Below, in pieces: positions 26,842 through 40,260 of a DNA stretch of 64,000 nucleotides. The stretch's first letter is position 1; each line of letters starts with the position of its first letter. The notes below the pieces were generated by a model. It worked only from the letters and a program-made list of their open reading frames with translations. It was not told the DNA's origin and did no database searches. The position numbers and the translations under genes were made by a program. The DNA is from Carcharhinus longimanus (taxonomy: Eukaryota), in the NCBI GenBank assembly GCA_030264375.1, contig JASCQW010000162.1, positions 89,716,433-89,780,432 on the forward strand, written 5' to 3'.

Positions 26842-27479
26842 GTAAGACAACTATGTTTGTGAATTGGAGTCTGTAGTTGCAAGTTATTTCAGAAGTACAA
26901 TATTGTGTAATCCAAGAATGTTTGAGTTGCTAATTATTGAAATCATAAAGATCCCTGTGGTACATCAAATGTTAATCTTTCTACATAATTTAGAGTAGTT
27001 GATAAGGATATTTCTCTGTATATAGAAAGTAAATTATTTTTACTTGTTTCACTCGCTTTGGTTATTTTATAATTGTTAAAAAATGGCAAATGAAAGTATA
27101 TAAATTTAAGCTTCAAAAAGTAAGTTAAAATTGTGAAACTTACTTAAAGAATATAATTGTGAAAAATCTGTCCCGCATTAAATCCCAAATTGTAACCACC
27201 AATTATGAACATATATTCTGTAAATGGTAGTATTTTTTAAACTGTTTGCAATCACAACAGTTTTTCAATCTGCGCAAGTACTATCTATAGTAAACAACTA
27301 CCACCTCTGAGCTTTGATTGCATCTTGCAATTAGGTTGTGGAATTTAGGCTGAGTACTTTGTAGCCATTTTAATTGAGGCGGGACACAAAATATCAGCTG
27401 TATAACTCGCCACAAAATAAGCAATCTTTGTGGATTTAATATATCTGGGAAAAAAAGGAAATGATGAAAAAATAATTGA

Positions 27480-28390
27480 AATTAACACAGAAAATGCCTG
27501 GGCTATGAAGATTTCCATATCAGAGTATTAAAAGAAACAGGTGAAGAATTGCAAATTAGTCATTATTTTTCACAGCGGTCTAAATTCAGGAATTGTGTCT
27601 TGATGAAAAAATTACATATATTGCTTAATTATTTAGAAAAGATGGAGAAATCAGCTAACCACAGACCTATCAATGTAATTGGAGTGAGTAAACAGCAGAA
27701 CAAGTATGAGCTGATTAAAGAGGCTCAATCTGGATCGACGAAAAGTCGATAATGCATGACCAATTTGATTTATTTTTTTGAGAATAACACTAATATGTGA
27801 TGGATAGAGTAGTGAGTATGGAGGTATTCTATTTGTGCTTCCAAAGACATTTGGCAAGGTTCTGCACCAGAGGTTATCAAAGAGTGCACAGAATTGTAAA
27901 TAACCTTGTGACATGGGTTAATCTTTGGTAGGAAATCAGGACTAGGGATAAGAATTGGTTCTCTCATTGGCAGATGTGATGAATGTTATTTTCTAGGAGT
28001 CTGCACTGGGCAGCTTTCACCAGATATATCAATGATTTTATTTACCAGGTTGTAGAAGGTAAGAAATTAGTAAATTGAGTGGGCTGGAATGGGCCATCAC
28101 AGGGACAGTGAGCAGGTAACATTATAGCCAATGGAATTCAATGTAGGTTAATGTGAAGTTATTTATTTTGCATTTGAGAAAGTAAAAGCAGAATATTTTC
28201 TCCAGAATAGTGTAGCTGTAGAAAACCAAGGGATTTCCAAATCACTAAAAGGTATTGCACAAGTACAAAAAAAAAAGCCGACTGGAATGCCATCCCTTAT
28301 CTCAAGGGAATTAACATTTGAGGATCAGGAAGTTTTACTTAATTTTGACAGATCATAGTTGGAGACCTCTGTTCAATTTTGGACATCAAG
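27480..28390 (+). mobile_element. Highly decayed CR1 LINE ORF2
   Basis: NHRPI, EAQSG.TKSR.CMTNL and FQ..FGKVLHQRL remnants. Confidence 0.6.
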
Positions 28391-29019
28391 GGCTAGATTT
28401 TTGTGGAGTTGGGAGGATTTTAGAGTCATTTAAAAGTGGCAGATGGTCACCCGATTCCTATCCCCATTCCCGGCACCCCCAGTTTTTGCTGGCATGTGAG
28501 AAGGGTATGAGTAACAAGCCCACATCCTAAACTCCTGTCCTGACCGGCTGCGTTGCGAGGGAAGGTATCTTCGAGCCCTTCACAGTTTTCTTAGAGTTAG
28601 GCTAGTTTCTCTATGACTCATTGTTACATATATATGAATATACACACTAGGAGCAGGAGTAGGTCATTCGGTCCCTCAAACCTATTCTGCCATTNNNNNN
28701 NNNNCCATTCAATAACATTATGACTGACCTAAACGTGACCCCCAACTCCACATCCTTGTTTATACCCTGGCAACCTTTGACTCCCTTGTTGGTAAAGAAC
28801 ATTCAGTGACACTTCCTTCACTGCTCTCTGGTGAAGACAGTTCCAAAGACTCATGAGCCTCAGAGAAAAGAATTCTCCTCATCTCCATGTTTCACAGATC
28901 TCAGAGGAATTGTAAACCTCAGTCTGGATTCGTGAACTTTTGAAAGGTAACTGAAGGGAAATCATGTTTGACAAATCTATTGGAATTTTTTGAGAATGTT
29001 AAATATGAGGATGTATAAA

Positions 29020-29435
29020 CACGGTGGCACAGTGGTTAGCACTGCTGCCTTACAGCACCAGGGACCCAGGTTTGATTCCTGNNNNNNNNNNNNNNNNNNN
29101 NNNNNNNNNNNNNNNNNNNNNNNNNNNNNNNNNNNNNNNNNNNNNNNNNNNNNNNNNNNNNNNNNNNNNNNNNNNNNNNNNGTTTGATTCCTGGCTTGGG
29201 TCACTGACTGTGTGGAGTTTGCACATTCTCCCTGTGTCTGCGTGTGTTTCATCTGGGTGCTCCAGTTTCCTCCCAAAATCCAAAGATGTGCTGGTTAGGT
29301 GCATTAGTCATGCTAAATTTTCCCTCCATATACCCAAACAGGTGCCAGAGTGTAGCGATTAGGGGATTTTTCACAGCGACTTCATTGCAGTGTGACTGTA
29401 AGTCTATTTGTGACAAATAAATAAACATTACTTTA
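29020..29435 (+). mobile_element. HE1-type SINE spanning a gap
   Basis: Head, core and tail as in the 10331 copy. Confidence 0.85.
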
Positions 29436-29439
29436 ACTT

Positions 29440-30290
29440 TATGTAGCTAGCAGAATTGACCGAGGAGAACCAGTGGATGTGGTTTATTTAGACTTCAAGA
29501 AGGCTTTCAACACCATCTCACACAACAGACTACTATGTAAAGTTAAAGCACATGGGATTGCTGGCGATTCTTGAGATAATAGCTGGTTAGAAGATCGGAA
29601 ACAAAGAGTTGGCATAAATGGGTCTTTTTCTGATTGGTAGTCAGTGACTAGGGGGTTCCACAGGGATCTGTGTGAGGACCCCAACTGTTCACATTATTTA
29701 TTAATGATTTGGAAGAGGGAACTGAATGTATTATCTCCAAATTTGCAGATATAAAGTTGGGTGAGAGGATGAGCTGTGAGGAGGTTGCAGAGATACTTCA
29801 GAATGATTTGGACAGGCTGGGTGTGTGGTCATCTGCATGGCAGATGCAGTATAATGTGGATAAATGTGACGTTATCCGCCTTGGTAGCAATAACAGGAAG
29901 AAAAATTATTACCTGAATGGGTGTAAGTTGAGGGAGCTGGATACTCAACGAGACCTTGGAGTCCTCTTGCATCAGTCGCTGAAAGTAAGCAGGCAGGTAC
30001 AGCAGGCAACAAAGAAGGCAAATAGTATGTTGGCCTTTGTAGTGAGAGGATTTGAGTATAGGGATAGGGATGTTTTGCTGCAAACGAATAGNNNNNNNNN
30101 NNNNNNNNNNNNNNNNNNNNNNNNNNNNNNNNNNNNNNNNNNNNNNNNNNNNNNNNNNNNNNNNNNNNNNNNNNNNNNNNNNNNNNNNNNNGGGGATACA
30201 GAAGAATGGTCTAGTTGGACCAATGAGCAGTGCAGGCTTGGAGGGCCGAAGGGCCTGTTTCCTGTGCTCTACTGTTCTTTGCTCTTTGAT
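29440..30290 (+). mobile_element. CR1 LINE reverse transcriptase region and tail
   Basis: VDVVYLDFKKAF, ISKFAD.KL, LQNDLDRL..W...WQMQYNVDKC and QRDLGV. Confidence 0.9.
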
Positions 30291-31004
30291 CCCTCACTAT
30301 ATGATCACTAATTCTAACCCGGTTATCAAATAGAATCATGGAAAAGAAATAGAATCCTACGATACCATTCGGCCCATTGAGTCTAGACCGGGGTTTGTAC
30401 AAACTGCTCCCATCGGCATTTTCAGACCCAATACTGATCCTATTTCCTGTTCTCCTCAGGCAAGATCCTTCTGCCCTTATATCATCCTTTAGTATCAGGA
30501 TTAAGATCACATTCCTTTTCTGCTTTGCTCTATTTTTAAATTGTACACTGTCCCGGGATATTTAGTTCACAAATTTGCTCACCTTGTAATCACTGTAATG
30601 GTTTGAATCCATTTATCTCTATTTGTGTTGGTCTATCTTGTTACAAATCCTTCATGCATTTAGATAAAGTGCCTTTGATTTTAACCTTTTATCATTTTCC
30701 CTTGCTTTGACTGTATTCATCGATTACCATTCACTTTTTGTTCCTTCCTTGTCACACACTGCTCATCTTTACCCAAAACACTACGCTGTTTTGTGACCTG
30801 GATTTTACTGTTTAGATTAATAAATTTCACTTCATCTGACCGCAACCCCCATCCCCAACTTTAAGTCTGAGACCCTCACTGCAGACGTAGTTACAGCATT
30901 CACCTTGGCACAGGTCCTAGCCTAGTTTATATGGAGCCCGTCCCAAGGGGACAGCACCCCAATCTCATTCAGAAATGAAAACCACCATCTCCCCCACCAT
31001 ACAT

Positions 31005-31410
31005 GGGGTGGCACGGTGGCACAGTGGTTTAACTCCGGCCTCGGGTCATTGTCTGTTTGGAGTTTGAGCGTTCTCCCTATGTCTGCGTGGGTTTCCTCCG
31101 GGTGCTCCAGCTTCCTCCCACAGTCCAAAGATGCGCGGGTTTGTTTGATTGGCCATGCTAAAATTGCCCCTTATTGTCCTGGGATGCATAGGTTAGAGGG
31201 ATTAGCGAGTAAAATATGTAAGGATATGGGGGTAGGGCCTGGGTGGGATTGTGGTCAGTGCAGACTTGATGGGCTGAAGGGCCTCTTTCTGCACTGTAGG
31301 GTTCTATGGTTTTATGAATTTGATGATCAGCCATGATCAAGATGAATGGTGGAGCAGGCTCGAAGGACCAAATGGCCTACTTCTGCTTCAAGTTTCGATG
31401 TTTCTCTTTC
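31005..31410 (+). mobile_element. HE1 SINE with CR1-derived tail, followed by a second CR1 tail
   Basis: Highly similar to 52517-52905. Confidence 0.85.
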
Positions 31411-32199
31411 TATAACATCAAAAGGTCTTCCTCCATACTGTCCCAATATGCCAAATGGTGTCCGCAAAACCATACTCATGGCTCTGACAGCTCACGTGCT
31501 AACTCATGCCCCACCACCCTTCATGGTCCCTCATAACTTCCATGCCTACTCATGGCCATTTCCTACCCATTTACCCAGTATACAGTATGTATAGAATAAA
31601 TGAAACTGATAGTAACAATAGCATGTGAAAGGTCCTTAGAAAGAAACACCTCTTTGTATCTTTTTTTAAAAAAATTGGTGTTCCTACAATTCTAATAAAG
31701 GGTCAATTAAGCAGACCATTTAGATATCAGTAATGGAAATTTTAAATACTCGATATTTCTCAATCTTGTGCAAATAAACATTGAGTCACTGACAGAAGAG
31801 AGCACAGAAAAATAACCTGCTATAACCTAATGGTGATGTCAGTCAAGCAAAATCAACACTTCCCTGTGCCTGTGTAAACTAAATCACACAGATGCTGACA
31901 TGCCATTGTAATCACGGGGCTCATTGACGCTGTTCACGTATATTAGGTGAATGAGCATGGAGGATATGAGGGACAATTGGGAGTGGTTACAGGACATTAT
32001 TTGGCATTGAATTGGCTTGGGAGCGGTAACGAGCAATGGGAGTTAATGAAGGGCATTAGCTGGGCATAGAAGTGGCGTGAAGAATGGATGGATAGACTAT
32101 GATGGTCTTTGAGGTCCCAGAGAACTACTTAGAGACATTTTAATCAATCCACCTTGGCACTTAGCTTTGCCTATAGCGACTTGACTCTATCCTATCCCC

Positions 32200-33545
32200 A
32201 TATGGATATATGCATATTTGGAAGAAAATGGACTAGTTAGTGACAAGACAGTTTTTTGAAGAGATGTCAAAGATAATCGATGAGTGAAGGGCTATGGATG
32301 TAGTTTATATGGATTTTAGTAAGGTGTACGACAAGATCCCACATGTCAGACTGGTACAAAGACTAAAACCAACATGGATTCAGGCTGGGCTGGCGAGATG
32401 GATACAGAACTGGCTTGGTGATCGAAGACAGAGAGTAACAGTGCAAAGGTTTTCTTCAAAATGGAAATCTGTGGCTAGTGATGTTCCACAGGAATCAGTG
32501 CTGGAATCTCTGTTGTTTGTAGTATATATAAATAATCTGGAGGAAAATGTGGGTGGTCTGAATAGTAAATTTACAAATCCAAAATTGGTGGAGTTGCTAG
32601 TAGTGCCAGGGATTGTCAGAGGATACAGATAGATTGGAGACTTGGGNNNNNNNNNNNNNNNNNNNNNNNNNNNNNNNNNNNNNNNNNNNNNNNNNNNNNN
32701 NNNNNNNNNNNNNNNNNNNNNNNNNNNNNNNNNNNNNNNNNNNNNNGAGTTCAATCCAGACACCTGCAAGATGATGCATTTTGGAGGATCAAATTTAGGT
32801 GTGAATTATACTATAAATGGCAGAACCTGAGGAACATTAACATATGGAGGGATCTGGGTGTGCAGATCAACAGTTTCCTAAAAGTGGCAACACAGGTGGC
32901 CAAGGTGATTAAGAAGGCATATGGCATGCTTACCTTCATCAGCTGGAACATTGAGTACAAGTGTTGGGAATTCATGTTGCAGCTGTATAAAACCTTTGTT
33001 CAGCTGCATTTGGAGTATGGCATGGAGTTCTGGTCACTATCAAAAGGAAGTGGAAGCTTTGGAGAGAGAAGGTTCACCAGGATGTTACCTGATCATGAGG
33101 GTGTTGACTATGAGGAGAGGTTGAATAAACTACGATTGTTTTCACTGGAAAGCCTGTGGCTGAGGAGAGACCTGATGAGAAGTCTACAAAGTTATGAGAG
33201 GCATAGACAGGGTGGATAGTCAGAGACTTTTTCCCATGGTGGAAGTTACAAGGGGGCACAGGTTCAAAGGTGGAAAGTTTAAGGGAGATGTGTGGGGGAT
33301 GTTTTTCACACATAGTGGTGGATGCCTGGAACACCTTGCCAGATGAGGTAATGGAAGTAGGCACATTAGCAACATTTAAGAGGCATCTGGATGGGTACAT
33401 AAATAGGGAGGGAATAGAGGAATTATAGACCAAGTAAGGGCAGAAGGTATTTTTAGTTTAGTTAGGACATCATGATCGGCACAGGCTTGGAGGGTCGAAG
33501 GGTCTGTTCCTGTGCTGTACTTTTCTTTGCTCTTTGTTCTTTATA
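32200..33545 (+). mobile_element. CR1 LINE RT and 3' end
   Basis: MDVVYMDFSKVYDKIPH, WIQNWLGDRRQRV, VPQESVL, LQLYKTFVQLHLEY and WNTLP. An older CR1 tail follows to about 34000. Confidence 0.9.
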
Positions 33546-35839
33546 AATTCTAATAATCTTAGAAAGAATAAAGTGCATATTCATCAGAATGATATGGGGG
33601 CTGAAAGAATTAATTTATTAGGAAACGTTTCATAAACTTGGTTTGCATTCCCTTGAGTTTAGAATGTTGAAAGACCATCTAATTGAGTTGTTGAAACTAA
33701 TGATGAAGAGATTCTATGGAGTTGGCATGAGAAAAGATATTGTGAGGATTTCGGGCACAAGATGTCACAATCTTATATTTTGAGCTAGTCTAGATAATGT
33801 CAGGAAGTATTATTTCTCAAAAAATGTAATTAATTCTAGGTCCATTAAACTTTAAAAAAGAATTGATTTTTTATTTACTAAGTAATGGTATCAGGGGCTG
33901 AAGATCAAAGGTAGGTAAGGTAAACAAAATTGAAAGTACAGATCAGGAGATTAAACAATTGACTGGCAGAACAGACTTGAGGGACTGAATGGACTGCTCA
34001 TGTTGCAGCAATATATTGAAGTGAAATGTACTGTGTAGAAAAAACAAAATATCACTGGCTTCATACACAATGACAAAAACTCTCTCACAGAGAGAAGAAG
34101 AAAAGCAAATGCTAATCAATATACAATAATTAAATATCACATTCAAGTTCTGGCTGCAATTTTAAAATGGATTTTGTAATACATTGAACACGTGGCGAAT
34201 CAGTTTATTACTCAACCAGCACTAACTTACAGTAGGTAAATCCAAGTGTATATTCTACTGAAAACTTAACATCTTATATTCTTCAGTGGAATCGTGCAGC
34301 TCTATTTTGGAGCATGATGATCTTTTAGGGAATGCTGCCTTGAGTGAACACAATTCCTTGGAGCATGCATCGCCACATTCAACTCAAACTGCAAGAGAGA
34401 TGCAACAGGAATGTAGGAGTTGTGTAGTAATCAAACTACTGCTCAAGCTTACATAAACAATTAGTACATCAACTTCAGCCTCCCAATAATGAATTGGAAA
34501 ACAGATTTGCCAGTCGTCTTCAGAAGTATATTCCCAAGTAATTACTGAACGGAGGATGTTGTGAATTTCTGCCCTTGCACTTTGGTTTGATAATTCTCCA
34601 GTGCTGGATTCATTAAATACAGTCCATTATATTTAATTATCTGGATCAAGCATTCAACCTCAATGTATGAACTTCAAACACTTTAAACAAGCCAGCCTAG
34701 TTAGGCAACTGATGTGAAGCAGACTAATTCCTGGTACATCACTTGATGTGATCAGCCCTTTCAAATGGTTTGTTCAAAACTGAAGTCAAATCAGGGCATT
34801 TAGTGGAAGTGCTTTTCTGGCTGTTACTCCGTGAACAGCAGCCACTTTGTGAAATACTGTTTCTCCAGAGAAAATACAAATATTGTGTGTTCAAATATAA
34901 AAAATCTGCGCATACCTAATCCTGCAAGGTGATCTATGATATTGTTTCCATACTGTTGCTTCTATCTGTGTTAATGGGAGCTGGTCACAGTTTTTCATGT
35001 TGAGCATTTACAACCAATAGGCCGTGATTTCTTGGTTCATTTAAGACTGAGCATAAAACACTTAATACATTTTTATCATCTTTACTGTAGTTTTGTAAAT
35101 TCTAATGACTATTTCATTCCCTTTCAGCACTAAAGAAATACTGTTGCACATTAGATTAAATGGCACAGAACATTCCAGATGAGATTTTGAAGATTAAGCC
35201 TTTGTTCCAGTTAAATTATTGTGAAACCAAAAGCATATCCATTATTTGAAATATCAGATCATTTTAAAAGTAATAAATGGCAATTATGTAAATATTTTCA
35301 CTTCACGATGTAACAAAGGTCCATACAGTTGGAGGAAGGGGGACTGGGTCAATGAACCAAGTTCTTTTGGTTCATCTATTGTCTTTGAAATAAAACAGGC
35401 AAGAATACATCAAACCCCATACTAAGTCGAGCCAAATCAAGAAAATAATTATTCTTCAACTTGGCAAGTGGACTGTGGATAGAACCTATTTTTCACCTAT
35501 AAGCTTGCAGTAAAACAGAAACCTAGACAAAATCTTTCCTCTGGTCATCATTTGTTTGGAACAAGCCTAACATAATTGGAAGATTTTCTGGGTTATTTTG
35601 AGGAGTAAATTATAGCAGCAGTTGAAAAGAACACATACACGTTTTTGTTAAAGACAGAGATTGGAGGGAATTTTCCCATATGGGAAATTGTTTGCCTGCC
35701 CTCTATTTGACAAAATGATAAGGTGTTCACTGAAAGTTAAATATTATCCCCTTGTGATTTGGGGCACAGATTTCCTGAGTTTTAAACCACGTTTTGGATT
35801 TTCAGAAGCAAATGAGAAGTAAATATGCATTAAACACCA

Positions 35840-36765
35840 TGGCAGAATTTTCCCAAAAATAATGGGGAAAAAGATGGAGTGATCTCGCTGGTCTCTCGGG
35901 CACGCTCCAACACTCAGTCACTTTATTGGAGATTTGGGAGTTTCACGCTGGGTTGCGGGTGGGGCATAAATATGCCAGTGAGCCTGGTTTCAGAGAGCTT
36001 GCAAAGGCGCTCCAATCTCTGTGCAGTGGGAGATCCCCTCCCTACCCCAACGGCCATCGGGACCCCTCCATTACTCTTCCCTCTATTTGCAGCACGTCCC
36101 CCTCTGCCCCCCGAACTGGGCCACCGGCATCAGGCATTGGGGCCGTCCCGACATGCCCACTCCCTTATTGTAGCCCTTGACATGATCCACCCCTGCATAA
36201 CCCTTCACTGCCTTGCGGTNNNNNNNNNNCCCCCCCCATACCTTCCCGGCGTGGCTTCTCCTACTGTAGTCCACACTCAGGCCCCACCCTGTTGGCATTG
36301 TCTCTGGCACATTTGTGGTGCCCAACTGGCAATTAGTAATGGTGCCCAACCTGCATTGTCTGGTGGCCACTGCCTGGGTGTCTGGTGGCCCCCTAATAGG
36401 CATTGCCCATTTATATCCCCAACTACTCAGGGGCTTCAATTGTGTCCAAGCCCCAGTGTGACTATCGTGTCAGGTGTCCACTCGTGGAGACCAGTCGTGA
36501 CTCTCACCTTCTTCGTGCTGTGCCCATAGGCTGAAGAATACTGTGCGTTGAGATTCAAACAGGCTACGCACGTTTAAATGGTTCTTTAAATATGCTCATT
36601 GGCCTTGTGCCCCTTCTAGACATGATCCATCACGCCACCAGTAAGGGTCCAGGAGGATCACAAACTGTTTGGTGCCGGGTGCAAAACAGATTTTTAAGCC
36701 CCCATGCTATTTTTCCAGATCAGCATGATCTGTGCCAGGTGCAGCAAGATGGGAAAATCACACAC
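35840..36765. mobile_element. GC-rich non-autonomous DNA element with imperfect terminal inverted repeats (Harbinger-like MITE)
   Basis: Left end ggcagaattttccc, right end gggaaaatcacac, and a sharp GC rise relative to the flanks. Confidence 0.45.
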
Positions 36766-38699
36766 CCCCTCCCCCCCAACTCCACCACCCCACCTCATTA
36801 TTTTGCTTCGTCATGTTATTAAGCAATTTTTGTACCCTGTTGTATGATGCTTACCTCGAGATTCTTTGCTCTCATTAGTGCACATCTTTATGATCCATCC
36901 TTGTCATTGGCCCGAGCAAGTAGCAAAGGTGATTATCAGATAGCAAAAGTCAAAAGCAGTCTCCGAACAGAATAGACTTATTCCCAGTTCACAAATTGCC
37001 CAACAAGCAACATATTCACTACAAGGCAAGGAAGCACTGAAGCTGGTATTAAAGAAAAAGTGGGTGTTTCGCAAATCATNNNNNNNNNNNNNNNNNNNNN
37101 NNNNNNNNNNNNNNNNNNNNNNNNNNNNNNNNNNNNNNNNNNNNNNNNNNNNNNNNNNNNNNNNNNNNNNNNNNNNNNNNNNNNNNNNNNNNNNNNNNNN
37201 NNNNNNNNNNNNNNNNNNNNNNNNNNNNNNNNNNNNNNNNNNNNNNNNNNNNNNNNNNNNNNNNNNNNNNNNNNNNNNNNNNNNNNNNNNNNNNNNNNNN
37301 NNNNNNNNNNNNNNNNNNNNNNNNNNNNNNNNNNNNNNNNNNNNNNNNNNNNNNNNNNNNNNNNNNNNNNNNNNNNNNNNNNNNNNNNNNNNNNNNNNNN
37401 NNNNNNNNNNNNNNNNNNNNNNNNNNNNNNNNNNNNNNNNNNNNNNNNNNNNNNNNNNNNGGACTTAAACCTGGTGTTGTCAGACTTTTTACTGTGTTCA
37501 CCCCAGTCCAACGCCGGCATATCCACATTGAGAGAGAGTAGAGCTAGCGTTTTGAGTCTAGACGACCTTTTGGCTGAGCAGCTCTGACGAACTTGCAGAT
37601 CGGGTCACCCACTCCAGATAGAAGCTGCATCATTTTCATTTTCACATAGAGGAAATATCAGGCATGTTCAATAGTAGGGATGGTATAGAGATGTGAAAGT
37701 GAAAATTAACCCCACCCCCTTTGTATCACAGAGGAAGATTCTTAATGAAAGATGAGTAGTGAAGGTGTTTTACATTCCTATGTTCATTTGTGATCCAGGA
37801 GATAATATGTGGAGAATTTGTTCTTGCAACTGTAAGGAAATATTGAATGACACTGCAGCATTATCTCTTCAAACACTTTTATTAATGTAAAAAAATCAAA
37901 TTAATTTGCTATCTGTCAGCAATTTTTAAAAAATAGCTGCTTGAAATTTTTCAAAACAGTGTAAGGGCTTTTTGTGTCTTGATAAAGTTCAGATTGGATG
38001 GCAGCGTAGATATTAGATATGGCTCAGTATCCACTATTGAACAAAGGTTTTGACATGACCTTTACATGAGACAAACAGCTGTGTAATATAAATATTAACA
38101 CTTATGTTCTCAAAAAAACAGAGGCTATGAAATTCAGTTTCCAGCCCTGACTGCTCTTGGCATGACAGAAGCAGAAGAATAATGTTGGGCAGTCTGCTCT
38201 TGGACAGCCTGTGCCAATCAGTATATTTTGAATGGTGGTAGGATGTGGTTTCTGTGTGTATTCCAGAAGTGAGTAGGGTGTTCAGATTATGACATCAGTC
38301 AGCGTTTAATGTTGATTTAACACACAAACTGCTATTTTGCATTCAGCTGTGGGAGCGACTCCCTACTAGTGTTAATTTAGCAGATCACCATTCAACTTTC
38401 AGGCCTGGGACTATTAACATTCCTTTGCTGCCGTAGATTTAGATGAAAGAGTGTGTTGTTAGAGGAGTTGACAGAAGTTATATCAGTTAGAAGGTGCCTT
38501 TGAAGAGTAGTCTAGATTTGAAAGGCCTTTGGATTCAACATGTGCTCCCAGTCATGAAGGCTGTAGTTGCAGTTCCTGTTGCACTAAGGCATGGCAGGGA
38601 GTTGCAGCAGAGGCAGCAGACAAGTGAAGCTCTGTGCAGGGTGATGTNNNNNNNNNNNNNNNNNNNNNNNNNNNNNNNNNNNNNNNNNNNNNNNNNNNN

Positions 38700-39520
38700 N
38701 NNNNNNNNNNNNNNNNNNNNNNNNNNNNNNNNNNNNNNNNNNNNNNNATGTGGACGAGGGGCTCTCAGCAGAAGGTTGACTTTACCTAGGGTCTTCAGGG
38801 AGCTCTTCTCTGAGCTGACCCTTAGTCGCAAACAGCAGCGGCCATGCTTCACTCCTTCAACTAGACATGCTGCCCTGCAGAGCAGAACAAGGATTTCACT
38901 GCCAATGACTGAAGGCCATGGTGGCCCTCAATTTCTATGCCAACAGACTCCTTCAGACTGGAGTTGGCAACAGCATCAGCACTTCTCTATTCATCCATTG
39001 GGAGCTTATGAAGCTCTCCATACATTCAAGAGGAGAATTCATTGGTTTCCCTCTAATCATAGAGAAGCAAGAGTATGGCAGGAATTTCACGATGCAGAGA
39101 TGCTTTGACGACACACACATGGCTCTTGATGCACTGCATTTCAGTGAGGAGATGTAACGGAACCTGAATATCCACTTGATGTGCAAGCATGCACAGATCA
39201 ATTCCGACAGTAATTGTCATTCTACTCACCATGTGCCAAGCAGCTGATGATACCATCTTCGAGCTACCAAGCTGAGCCAAAAGTCGATTGCCTGAAATAT
39301 GGACTACCTGCTATGCAAGTGGCACATGTATTCTCTCTGCCAGTTGATCCCTTGTGGTCAGTGTTCCTACAAGGGAGCCACACTGCAAATAGGAACATTA
39401 TGGAGCAAATCAGCATTCTGAAACAATGGACAATTCAGAGGAAGACCTCCAGTCCTCTCCTGAGTGTGCCTCCTAATTCATTGTGGTTTTCCATATCTTG
39501 ACAATCCTGAGGACACAGCT
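38700..39520 (+). mobile_element. PIF/Harbinger transposase relic, copy 3 (element probably extends to about 41900)
   Basis: VALNFYA, RGEFIGFPL, FDDTHMAL, LNIHLMC and SHTANRNIMEQISILKQ. ORF2-like residues lie near 40630-40850. Confidence 0.7.
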
Positions 39521-39769
39521 TTTGTTAGGAGGGTTTAAGCATCCACCTCAAGATGATGAAGGGTGTAGGCATATAATCGCTTCAGACATTCTGTCCATGG
39601 ACATCCCATCAGACTTCAGAACACATGAAATAATCCACTGTGGCTGACCAATCCCCCATTTCTCCATCTCTCTACTACAGAGCATCACAGCACCACCATA
39701 GCCAAAATCCTGATTTCAAAAAGACCACAAGCTAACCAATCCTTACCAACTTTAACATTTTCAATAATA

Positions 39770-40260
39770 TACACAGAATCTCAGAATCTTTACAGTGCAG
39801 AAGGAGGTCATTCAGCCCATTGAGCCTGCACTGACTCTCTGAAGGAGCATTTTACTTCGAGCCACTCCCTCATCTTATCTCCATAACCTTGCATATTCTT
39901 TTTCAGATAGCAATTCCCTTTGAATACTTTGATTGAACCTGCCCCCAACATCCTCTCAGGAAGTTCATTCCAGACTCCGCCCGTCCGCTGGGAGAAAACA
40001 AAATCTCACATCACTTTTATTTCTTTTGCCAATTACTTTGAATTCTCTGAGCCCACTCCCAATCTTAGTTGATGCTTTCTTGAGTGGGAACAGTTTCTCA
40101 CCATTTACCTTGTATATAGCCCTCAGCATTTTGAATACCTTTACCAAGCCTCCTCTCAGTCTCCTTTTCTCAAAGGAAGACAGACCCAACCTCTCCCATC
40201 TATCCTTATAGATAAAATCCTTTATTCCTGGAATCATTCGTGAAAATCTCTTCTGCATCA
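39770..40260 (-). mobile_element. CR1 LINE 3' end inserted in the Harbinger relic
   Basis: QKRFSRMIPGIK...ERLGLSSFEKRRLRGGLVKVFKML. Confidence 0.85.

Noticed and set aside
29709-30311. 200-aa reverse-transcriptase-like ORF as a functional gene or retron-like system
   Set aside because: It is an ordinary decayed CR1 LINE with a broken catalytic motif (FADIK), flanking frameshifts and a gap.
35879-36529. 216-aa GC-rich ORF
   Set aside because: Low-complexity translation of a TIR-bounded repeat, with no domain motifs or splice logic.
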